64,000 nucleotides of DNA from Isurus oxyrinchus (lineage: Eukaryota). Numbering within the stretch: the stretch's first letter is position 1; the number at the start of each line of letters is the position of its first letter. Below the pieces are notes generated by a model. That model was not told where the DNA came from. It did not search any database and saw only the letters and a list, made by a program, of their open reading frames with translations. A program made the position numbers and the translations under genes. Location: the NCBI GenBank assembly GCA_026770705.1, contig JANJGN010000034.1:7254001-7318000 (forward strand). Direction: 5' to 3'. This document shows, one piece after another, positions 12,901 through 24,900 of the stretch.

Positions 12901-15900
12901 TTGCTCTTTATGACTATTCCTTTTGTATTTCAACATTCCCTTATGATTCATTGAATATAGTCCATACTGTATACCGGCTTATCGATAGCGAAGTGAAACA
13001 GAGAGAAATAATTCTTGGCGGTATAAGAAAAGAGGTGTTATCATTTATGTGTCTCTTGTAATTAATTTACGAATGAAACAGAATAGCGGATGTGACGTAC
13101 AGCGTGACATGCTGCCCAAAGTGCAGGATAATCGAGTGGAGTTCTGCTGATCTTGGCGGTCTAAAGTTTCAACTAAAGACACGAAGTGATGTCAAATACT
13201 CAGCCGGCCTGGCACCATCTGTGGAAAGTGAAACAGGGATAACGTTTTGAGTCTATATGACTCTTCTTCAGAGCTGACGAGACGTAGAAATGTATTGGGT
13301 TTACACTGTCGAAGAGAAGGGATGGAGCAGGTGGAGCAAAATAATGGATCAGGGATAGGGGCTGCTCAGCAGAGATTGGTCAAAGGTGTAATGGACACAA
13401 GAATCATGGAGTGTTGATGCTAGTGTTAAAGACTCAGACATTTGTTAAAAGTTGCATAAAGAATAGGTAGTAGAATAGGTTATTAGCAGAGCAAGGGTCA
13501 CCGCTCTCTGAAAGCAAAACATAAGAACAAGTTACAGGCTGACCTTGTGGAGGGAGTGGGATTGAGAAAATATAAATATAGACGCGAGAGTTAATTGCCT
13601 GAATTGAATGAACTCATTGTTAAGTGCTGAAGCCTGTGAAGTGCCAAAGAGATGATGACGTGCTGTTCCTCTCGTTTCTTTTGGGGAACAGGAAGAAAAC
13701 ATCTCATCTTTTGATTGGTTGTTTTACAGCCTTCTGCAGTTAACATTGATTTCAATAACTTCAGGTCGTGAAATTTGTCCTCCGTGTTGACACATTTTCC
13801 CAGCGTCCACCCCGCTCCCCAGAACCCCGCTCCCCCCCCCCCCCCACCCCACCTCCACAGCCACCACACCCCTACCACCTCCTCCAGCACCCATCAAAAA
13901 GGCCAGTCTGTAACTTGTTCTTACCTGTCGTAAGGTTACGTAACGATTGATCCAAGATCCTTGTTCCTCAATTAAAACATTCCGCTATCTGGCCTTTATG
14001 TCACCATGAGCACCTTCCTTACTCTTTAACGATATCATTACCACTCCCTTTGTCTTGCATCCATGAGATGATTGTCAAAACGCTCCTCAGCTCCCACCTA
14101 TCCCTGACCTATTTTGCTCCACCAGTTTCTCCCCGTTTTTTCAACAATATGAAACCCATGACAATTCTACGTCTGTTCAGCTCTGAGCTGGAGTTTATGA
14201 ATTTGAAACGTTAACTGTGTCCCTTCACAGCTGCCGGCAGCACTGCTGAGCACTGTTGGACATTGTTTCATCAAGAGGACTCCCCAGTTATTAAGAGTGC
14301 TCTTATGATTGATCATCTTCATTTCCATTAAACGGGGCGGTAAAGTCTCTGAGATGGGTAGATTTTGTGGTCTCAGTAGGAGACATAACATCTAGTGAGG
14401 AGGAGAGGGAATTAAGAGGACGAGAAGGGTGAGAAGAAGAAGAGAACACAGGGTGGCCACGTGTCCTGCGGTCTTGGAGGAAGACTACAGGGTGCCGCCA
14501 GACTCAGGTGATGAGGGGAAATGCAGTTATGCACACTGGAGGCGCAGAAGATCCTATGCTGCCCCAAGAGTATAAAGGCAGAGACTTAGCTCTGCTGCAG
14601 AAGGCGCGGGATTTCAAGAGTCACTTTAACTTCACTTTATGATGTCCTCGCAGAGGAGATCTAATCCAACTGAAGCCCAGCAGATGCCTGTCCCATTGAA
14701 GGTCAAATTTAATTGAATGACTTCACAACCTCAGTCACAGAACCTGTGTAGATCTTAGTGGGATAGCAGAGCATGCTGGCACCATTTCTAAAAGGCATTA
14801 ACAGATTCAATTCTGTGGAGAGCTGGGAATGACTTCTCAGTTATGCAGATTGCTCAGGGTCAGATGGATAGAGCCTAAATGTAGCTTAGTGTCATGTGTC
14901 ACATGATAAACCTGCCAACCAGCAGTGTATAACTAGGCCATTTCTTGAAATTCACAATGGCGTGTTCTAGGAGAGCTTTGTTCTTGTGGAATCATGGTAC
15001 ATTTGAATTCCAACAAACCTCAATTACCTCCTGCAGTCACTAGCGTGACCTTTAGCACAGGTGGCTAGGAATGATTATAATGATACCAAACGCACGCTGG
15101 CCGAACTCATGACGTCATTCAGCTTTGTGTTGCACTGCGACCAACTTCTCGTCACAACCACGCTGGTGAATTCTTCCATCTGTTCCTCCATCTAGCAAGA
15201 GTCTGGCTTGCTTGTCTCCTTTTGCCTGCTGTTGACGTGACCTGGTCACATCGCTCAGAAACTGCATGCAGTGGGGCAACAACCACAGCTGCACATAATC
15301 TGGGGGCTGGTTTAGTCGTTCTGGAACACCTCTCAGCTCATTCCATTAGAGCAGAGCATTATGGAAAAAGGTAGAAAATGTAAAATTCCTCATTGCCAAA
15401 TGTTGGGGGACAGGCTGTATTTTTTTCAAATTTCTTCCACATATGAATATTGACATGCTTTTCAAAGATTAGGAAAATGTAAAAACACTTCACAGGCAAG
15501 ACAGGAAAATGCACAATTCTTCTCTCTGCATTGTAAATCTACTAGATTGATCTGATGGATGACCTGACACAGTGCCATTCCTGGAAGACGTTGCGAGTGC
15601 TGCTCATGATCTTATTCTGGTCACGGCCTGCAGCCGCTCAGAGTGGCCTTTCAGCCCTCCAGCACGTATTTGGCAGGATGAGGGTTGACAACCCACCCGC
15701 ACCGTTAATTTATGCCAATTATTGTATATTCGGTCGAGTGTTTCTGCCGGCCCTCATGTTGGAGTGATGCAAACTGCCAAGTGCAAACCCGTTGTCGGCA
15801 TTCGATGGTATTTTTAAGCCCACTAGCTCCATTGATCCACGGTGTCGGTTGACCTCCAATTCTGCCCTACTCCACATCTCCTATTCTCATGGCTCCACCA

Positions 15901-18900
15901 TCAGCCCTCCGATTTTTATGTTTTTCTTATTCTTTCATGGGATGTTGGCGCCGCTGGCTTGACCAGAATTTATTACCCATGCCTAATAGCCCTTGAGTGG
16001 GAAGCCAATTTTTTGAACAGCTGTAGTCCATCAGTGCAATTACACCCAGAATGTTTTAGGGAGTACATTCCACACTATTGGCCCAGCCACAGTGAAGGAA
16101 CGGCGACATAGTTCGAAGTCAGGATGAAGTTTGGTTTGGAGAGGAACTTGCAGGCGACGCTGTTTCCATTGGCTGGATGCTCTTATTGATCTAGGTGGTA
16201 TTGGTCACGGGTTTGGAAGGTGTGAAAGGAACATTGTTGATTTGCTGCAGTGCATCTTGAACATGGTATGCGCTCCTGCCACTATGCGTCAGTGCTGGGG
16301 CGAGTGGATTTTGAAGGTGGTGAATGGGCCCTCAATATTTCCAATCTCTCCTGCTTAAGTCGCTAGTGCTGACCAAAGCCATAGACAGATCCTGAGAAAG
16401 CCAATCATATGCAACGCGCGCCATAATGAAAATGTATTTGTTAATGTTGCTATGATGAACCTTACGTCATTTTGCCACTTCAAAGTTGCGATGCAAAAAC
16501 GAATCATTGATATTTGCATCCATTTGTGGCCCCCCACCCCCACCCCTAACCCCTTATAACTTACAGATGAGGAAGCACGGGAGAAAAACTCAGGTAATAT
16601 TATGCAATCAGAGCAACTGTTTTCCTGAATGTGAGTTCTGCTTCCTTTCGTCCTCGCAATTCATTTGAAGAGTTAGAGTCTATTGTAGTATAGAGGGTGG
16701 GATCCATGACATCAGCAGGTGACAAACTGACTCACTGTCATCAAAGTGCTTTTGAAGTGTAGTCACTGTTTCAACGTGGGAGGGTTGCCACTGAAGTGTG
16801 GGCAGCAATATCCCAGGAAAGTCAATGAGGAAACAATATTTCCCGTAACATAACTTGAGAAGACGAGGCTTCGTATCTGCATAAAATAACGTAGTTGGGA
16901 CATCAGTCTAGTGACCAATCCAAAATGTCACATCTCTGAAAGAGTCGTATTCCTTGGGTATGGATCAATGTGTCATCATCCATGTTTATGTTGAATCAAA
17001 AGAGTGGGTTGTGAGCCCACGGACTTTCCGCTCTGAGGCTAAATAAAGCACAGTGAATAGCATGGGTGTAATTTAATGTTCCCTCCTCATGGGGGTGGGG
17101 GATGGGGTGGTGTGCAGTGCTATATAATCAGATGGTAGAGTGCAGCTGGTGATCTCACTCGCTTCCCATTTAACCCGCCCCATACCCCAAATTAGTTCTG
17201 GAAGGGAAAGTGGGTGGGCTTCCCACACGAAGTCCTATCGAGACCTTCACGTACTCACCTAAAACCATTTAATGTGCCCTGGCTGCAGCCGCGGGTATTC
17301 ATCCATCAGTGGGTAGGCAATAGCCATTCTGCAAAGATGCCCAGAAACTACCATTGGTTTTTCCTGTGACTTAAAGGGGTGGTGGCACGCCTAAGTTTTC
17401 AGCAAACCAGATTGAGTGAATAGGCACTGGAAGTGGAGGTGGTGGTAGTTGTTGGAGGGGAGGTCGGGGGGGGAGGGTGGGGTGAGTGCTGCATTGGGTC
17501 CTTCATACACAGTGTCCCGTACCACGTCCAGAGTTACCCTTCTTGCAGGGTTCCAGCGGGGATCCCTCGTGAAGGCGTATGCTCAATGGTGGCAAAGCTA
17601 ACCCTGCCAGTGCTGGCGCTGATGGCACTGGAGGGCTGTCAGTCTCTGGTTGGTTAGCACAACTCAGGAAGGATGGGGGAGATGGGTGCTTCTTCCATCT
17701 GCTGATGGTTTAATCTAAATGTAGGCCTGACTCTGCCTAGTTAAGTTCCATATTATTTTTGAAATAGTGCAACTCCTTTGGAATAGTGTGACACGGGAAT
17801 CCCTCTGTAATTCCAGGCGGTGGTTGCACAGCACTTCATATAATTGACTCTTCCTAATGAATAGGTCTACTGACGTCAGTCGCCAATATATTTACCGCTC
17901 CTTCTTCAAATTTGCAACATTGGTATATTAAAGCAGGAAGAACATAATGCATCTACATTTCCAGTTGAGACGCTAACAATCGATTTTTATTTCATTTATT
18001 CATCACAGAAATAATGGCTTTGAATAAAAACCTACAAGGTGCAGGTGAGAAGAAGAACGTAGCAGGAAAATCGAAAGAGCATTGGTCACTTGACCCAACC
18101 TTTAATCTGCCTTTCAGTGCGAGCACAGGTGAACTGTCATCAAACTCTCTTTCCCCGCGCTGCAGTCCAGCGGTTATCAGAAGACAGTCCTAAACTTACA
18201 CACCTCTGAATGCTGAATTCCTTCCTTACTTCAATTTGAAACTGTCTGTCTCCATTCAACTACCCTTCTCCTACGCTCACCTACCAGGGAAACTAATTCC
18301 TGCCTATCTACTCCATCAGCTTCCCTGAACATTTTGGAAACTTCGATCAAATCAAACTGCAACTTATTAACTTGCAGAAGATATAATAACAGTTCCTCTA
18401 AACTTTTTTCTTACTTTGGAGTCTAGCTGTTAACTGCACTTTGAGCTCCCTCCGAATACAACAGTGCTATATTCAGAACTGGCCAGATCAATGAAACTGT
18501 GCTTTAACTGAAACTTCTATGGCTCTGGCATGATTTTCAGCTCGTTATTCGCTTGCCACTCAGATAGCAAGACAAAAATATTTCATTTGTCTCGTTGATA
18601 ATTTTCCGCAACTATCGAAGATTGTTAATGATCTATGTATATGGGCCAATATGGTTACTGGGATTCCAGTTTTTTTGAATTGTTAACCAGTTAAAACGTT
18701 CTGTAAATGATACATTTTTTCGTGGGAAGCGGGTTACCTCACACTCACCTACACCGAAAACGGTTTGATAATACGTTCCTATTTACTTTATCAATCAACA
18801 CCTATTTCATATCTCATATGTCCATCCATATTTCTTATTTTGCTTGGAAACTTGCCCTTATATCTATGAACTCCGCCGTGCAAGATGCTTATGAATGCAT

Positions 18901-21900
18901 GAATCGTCACACGTTGCCAATTTTAACATCGCTCTTCTTTTTAACCTTCAACACGTTTTCTAACCCTGCCAATGGATCGTCCTCAATTCCATGAGTTTCA
19001 ATTGTAGCTAACAATCTCAAATGTGACACTTCATCACACACCTTCTGGATATAAATGCAAGTAATGACAGTTAGCAATGGCCTGGATCTTCTGAGTAGCA
19101 GCAACGGTTCTCGGATTTCCACTGCACTCGAAAATTCCCCCGACATGACACTGCTTCAATCACAGAAATGTGCAGCAGGAAGTCCCGACTCTGACAGAGC
19201 GCAGTAGAGTCGGACAAAGATCGGGCACCGCCCTTTATATGGCACGAGCTGACTGTTGTAAGTTTAAAGGTCTGGTCTTGGATTGTTAGTGAAAAGCAAA
19301 TGGTTGAGTCGGTGAATGGGTGAATGGCCGAGTGAGTTAAAGTGTTGATATTCTTTACACAAACTCAGCAATCAAACATACAGGTTTGGTAAGCTGCAAG
19401 AAGGTTTCATAAATTCGAAGGCTTGCAACTATGGAATGTTGTGGTGCTAATTTTGTTTAAATATGCAAATGATGTACACGTGCTACCGAGAGAGCGTGAT
19501 ACAAAGCCGCACGTGACCAGCAGTCTTTTAATGCGACCTTGATGCAGCTGATGTTGTGAATAATACTGGTTGCTAAATGCTGGATATCTCAACAAATACC
19601 CCTATTATATGGACTCAGCAAGCACTATTATTCACAGCGGAATCAAAAACTTCCACGCAGGCTGCTGGTCACATGCTGCTTTTTTTTCCTTCGAATACGT
19701 GTGTGCATCATTTGTATCTGTTCAAATATTATTAACATCTGCTTCTTAATGGATTATGGAGCAAACATTAAGAGTAAATAAACATACACAAGCCGGTTGG
19801 TAAAACGTATTACACAAAATACTCATCTCTGTTTGTCATTTGAGGTTTTAAGCGTCCGTACAATGTATAGATGGTTTATTGATTGTCCTGGATCTCCTAA
19901 CGTTATGAATTTCCTCATATTAAAGATTTGAGGAAATCAATGTTCTTGAATCATGGGACCATTGACATTGTGTGTATTAGCAGAGTTCTGATTGTCTACC
20001 ACTCTTACACTTTGCGGGTTCATCCTTGGTTATATTCAAGATGCAATTAGAGTGTTCGCTGTTATATATTTGGGAAATTATTCATGCTGACTTGTAAGGG
20101 TGATAGAATTCCTCATAAAGATGGAGAGTGACGTATTTGATTCTGAGACTTGAGTCTTGAATCTTAATAAAGGGAACTACGATGGTATGAGGCACGAGTT
20201 GGCGATGATGGATTGGGAAACATTACTTAGAGGGATGACGGTGGACAGACAATGACAAACATTCAAAGAACGCATCGGTGAACTGCAATAGTTGTTTATT
20301 CCTGTCTGGTGCCACAGTAAAACAGGAAACTTGGCCAAACCATGGATTAAAAGCGAAATTAGAGACAGTATTAGATGCAAGGAAGGGGCATACAAATTGG
20401 CCAGCAAAAACCAACTGGCCAGAGGATTGGGAGCAGTTTAGAATTTAGCAAAAGAGGGCCAAGGCATTGATTCGGAAGGTGGAAATATTGACTGTAAAAG
20501 TTTCCATTGGTACATTAAGAGAAAAAAATTGGGGAAGACAAATGTAGGTCCCTTACAGTCAGAAACAGGGGAATTTACAATATATATACAAAGAAATGGC
20601 TGACCAACTAAATATATACTTTGGTTCCATGTTCACAAAGAAGGACACTAATAGCGTACCAGAAAGGTTGGGGAACACAGGGTTTAGTGAGAGGGAGGAA
20701 CTGAAAGAAATCAGTATTAGTAACGAAATGCTGTTGTGGAAATTGATGGGGTTGAAGGCCGATAAATCCCCGGGACCTGATAATCTACATCCTAGTGTAG
20801 TTAAGGAAGTGGCCCTAGAAATAGTGGATGCATTGCTGGTCATCCTCCGAGATTCTATAATCTCTGGAACAGTTCCTACATATTGGAGCATAGCTAATGT
20901 AACCCCACTATTTAAAAAGGGAAGCAGAGAGAAAACAGAGAATTATAGACCAGTCAGCCTGACGTGGGGAAAATTCTAGAGTCCATTATAAAAGATTGAA
21001 TAGCTGAGCACGTAGAAAACAGTGGCGCAATCGGACAGAATCATCATGGATTTTTGAAAGGGAAATCATGCTTGACAAATCTACTGGATTTTTTATGTGA
21101 GGAGGATGCAGAGATGCTTCAGTATGATTTGGGTAAGCTGAATGAGTGGGCAAATGCATGGCAGATGCAGTATAATGTAGATAAATGTGAGATTATCCAT
21201 TTTGGCAGCAAAAATAGGAAGGCAGATAAATAGCTGAATGGCTATCGCTTGAGAGAGGGGAACGTGCAAAGATACGTGGTTGTCCTTGTACACCAGTCGC
21301 TGAAGGTAAGTATGCAGGTGCAACAGGCAGTAAAGAAGGCAAATGGTATGTTGGCCTTCATTGCCAGAGGAGTTGAGTACAGGAACAGGGATGTCTTGCT
21401 ACAATTGTACAGGGCATGGTGAGACCACAACTGGAATATTTGGTCTCCTAACATGAGGAGGAAGGATGTATTGCTATAGAGGGAGTGAAGCAAAGGTTTA
21501 GCAGTTTGATTCCTAGGATGGGGGGACTGACATATGAGGAGAGATTGAGTCGATTACGATTATATTTGCCGGAGTTAAGAAGAATGAGGGGGGATCTCAT
21601 AGAAACCTTTAAAATTCTGACAGAACTAGACAGGGTAGATGCAGGAATAATGTTCCCGATGATGTGGGAGTCCAGAACCAGGGGTCACAGTCTGAGGATA
21701 CAGGATAGACGAGTTAGGACTGAGATGAGGAGAAATGTCTTCACCCCGAGAGTGATGAGCCTGTGGAATTCCTTACCACAGAAAGTAGTTGAGACCAAAA
21801 CATTGTATGTTTTCAAGAGGAGTAAGATATAGCTCTTGGGGCGAAAGAGATCAAAGAGTATGGAGAGAAATCGGGTGCAGGCTATTGAGTTTGATGATCA

Positions 21901-24900
21901 GCCGTGATCATAATGAATGGCAGAGCAGGTTCGAAGGGCCGAATGGCCTACTCCTGCTCCTAATTTCTATGCTTCTATGTATCTACACCACAGGACCTTC
22001 AGAGGTCAAGGAGGCAGCTCAGCACCATCTTCTCAAGTTGAATTAAGGATTGATAATAAATGCTGGCCTACCCAGCGATGGCCATATCCCTGAAATGAAT
22101 CTTAAAAAGAAATCTCTCCGCCCAGCGAAGTACACATATATTTTATATCTTGGAGCTTGTCTCTGTCAACCAGGCCTCTCTTGTTGTTGAATCCGAGTTC
22201 TTCGAGGTAAAGCTGCCATCATTCTTGACCATAAATTTCGTCCATGCTTTCCTTCGAATCTGCCAATCACCACAAAATCATCGGCCTTGCATTGGCATCC
22301 CGTAGCATTTTCTGTGCTATTCTCCATATGCTGCTGGAAGAGATCCTCAATTTTGGATAAGAAAAAAAAAATCACTGGAAGCAGCATCTTCGGAGTGGTT
22401 TCCTGAAAGCAAAGATTTATTGGCACCCCTCTGCCAATAAAATTCCTCATTTTGATGCTCACCTTGGATAAAGTTTTGCTGCTTTGAATTTGGAATTCAA
22501 TTCCTATACTGTTAGACTATTGTATGAGATGAGCATCTCCTCAGAGCAAGGTGTAGACGTCTTGGGGGCAAGCATATCCGGATTTGCCATCCAATTTCAG
22601 TGCACACATGATAGAGCTGCACCCGTCGGTGTGCTGACACAACAGCTGAAGCCATTTCACTCCCGTTCATTCAAGTTCCTGTTTTCCTTCTCCTTTGAGT
22701 GCAAAATGCATTTTCAAAGACAGTCAATCGACGGGAATGCATCTATCCTGACCTGTGTTAGAGCATCACCTGTGAAATTCCCTATAGTTTCAAACCTGCC
22801 TAGGTATAATTTTGTACCTAATGAACTGACCCAGTATCAATATCCTGCATACGTTTTGCATTGGTGATCTCGTTCATGATCAAAACATTTCGTTCCATGG
22901 ACGCCATTAACCCTGCTGCACCGACTCCGCACCTGTCCACCAGGATGATTACTTGTGGTTCACCTGTGGACTCGCATAACTGCTTTTCACTCCCAATGTA
23001 CCAAAGCAATGAATGTGTGAATCATTGTTCGTAATTAGTTTGGCTTTCTTATTAGCTTTCTGGTTGAAGGCATCTACAAACTTTATCTTCACCCTGGCCA
23101 CTAATTTGGTGCTTCGGCGTTTCCTAATGTAAGTCCCTCCCACACTCCCTATTTCTTCTCTCAGTATGCTGCACTTAATTTTTGCTTGCTTTCATCTTAT
23201 TTCGAACTCTGGTCGAGACTGAGCAACCATATTTCCTGCATTTGCGAGCCCAGTGGCTGATTCCAGCACACCCATTGGGAAGATCTTAGAAGGCAGGAGG
23301 AAAGTGGGTGCATTTCTTACATGACTTGCTTGCATTTTGCTTCTTTGCTACTGCACCAGTAGTGGCCTCTGCATTGAATGCTTGCACGTGTTGTTCGCCA
23401 GTCAAAATAGCGTCACATTCTCTGCTGTTTTTTAGCGCGTCAATGTATTTAACTTCTTTTTTTTTCTCATAAAGCTCTTTCTGGGAGAGCTCAATTCGTG
23501 TTGATGCTATAAATAGCTCCGAGATCTGTTGACACAACTCAAATTACTAAAAGGCAAAATTATTGCCCTTACCATAGTAGCTGATGAGCTGATCGATCGA
23601 TTGTTGCAGCTGTTGTCTGCAAACTCTCAACTCTAATCTGTGAATTCTAAAGTTCAACTTTAGATGAAGCTGGTCCTCCAGCATGTAAGCAGCTTCACAG
23701 GGATTTTCAGGTCTCCGCAAGCAAGTCTGAAATGTTGACAATTTGCAACCTCTCCTTTCAAGTAGTTATCCTTATTTCATTTCCTTTATTTGTTTATATT
23801 TATCCAGTTCTCTGCTGGATAAACCTTAAAAAAAACATTATTCCAATGCTTGTTTAAATAGCCCAAATTCAATTGTACATCTGTGGCCTCCCCAATAATC
23901 CTGGGACATCGAGTCACCAGCTTCCTGATTTTGTCTTTATTTTACAAGTGGTCACGTCTCATGGGTGATTTCAGAGCTCTCTATTCCATCGAGGGTTCAG
24001 AAATGCAACATCTGTTATAATATTTCCTCCTCCCTCTTTTTTGGCTGCAGTTCAGTCTCTTGCCACTCATATTCCAATGACGCCTTTTTCCTGCTCTGTC
24101 TGTGTTTTTTTTACTTCTGCATGGGAATGACAGCCGAGAATATTTCAATGGTCCTGCAGCTTCTCTGCTCGATTCAAAGCTGATGCACAGCACAACTCTG
24201 AACAAACTTATCACTCCCTTTCATCGCCAATCCTGCTCTCCCACAAATCAGGTATTCACTGATTTGCAAAATACTATCTGAAAAGCGACTCTACTTTCCG
24301 AGAATCAAAGCATAAAGGGCATATAGCGCCAAATCTTATCAGTGTCCCAGGATACCTAACCAACAACTCTCATCTCTGGACTCAGCAAACACCATTACTC
24401 ACAGCACCAGCAATAGCTGCAACTCAGGTGCACGAACAGAATTCTGGTCACGAAATGTTTTACATCATGTTTCCTCTATGCCACATGCACATTATTTGCA
24501 TATTCTCTTAAAGGGATATCGCAACAGTCTGTACATGTGTGAGTTGCTATTTGGGTGTTTGCGTAGTTGGTTGGTGGAGAGGCGAATACTTGAGTGATTG
24601 GGTGGATACGTGAGCGAGGTGATTCTGTGGTTAAGTGGTTAGGTGGATGGTGTGGATAAGTGGGTTGGTGGCTAGGGTGGGTTGGAAGATTAGTGGGTAG
24701 AATGGGTAGGTGTATAGAGGCAGTAGTTATGTGGGGTTGGTGACCTAATTAGGTTCGTAATGTGGACAGTGGTTAGGCAGAAGGAGAGGTAAGACGGGTG
24801 TACCGGTAGGAGGGTGGGCTAACCAAGTCCCAGTTTCGTCTTCTCTTACTTTTTTCAACTGTATTTGATCTAAGTTAGGACTGAATATTTCCTGACATGT

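Noticed and set aside
18907-19146. 79-aa minus-strand ORF with a faint cystatin/stefin-like look (IQKVCDEV)
   Set aside because: No QxVxG motif or matching further exons; the similarity is too short to call a gene.
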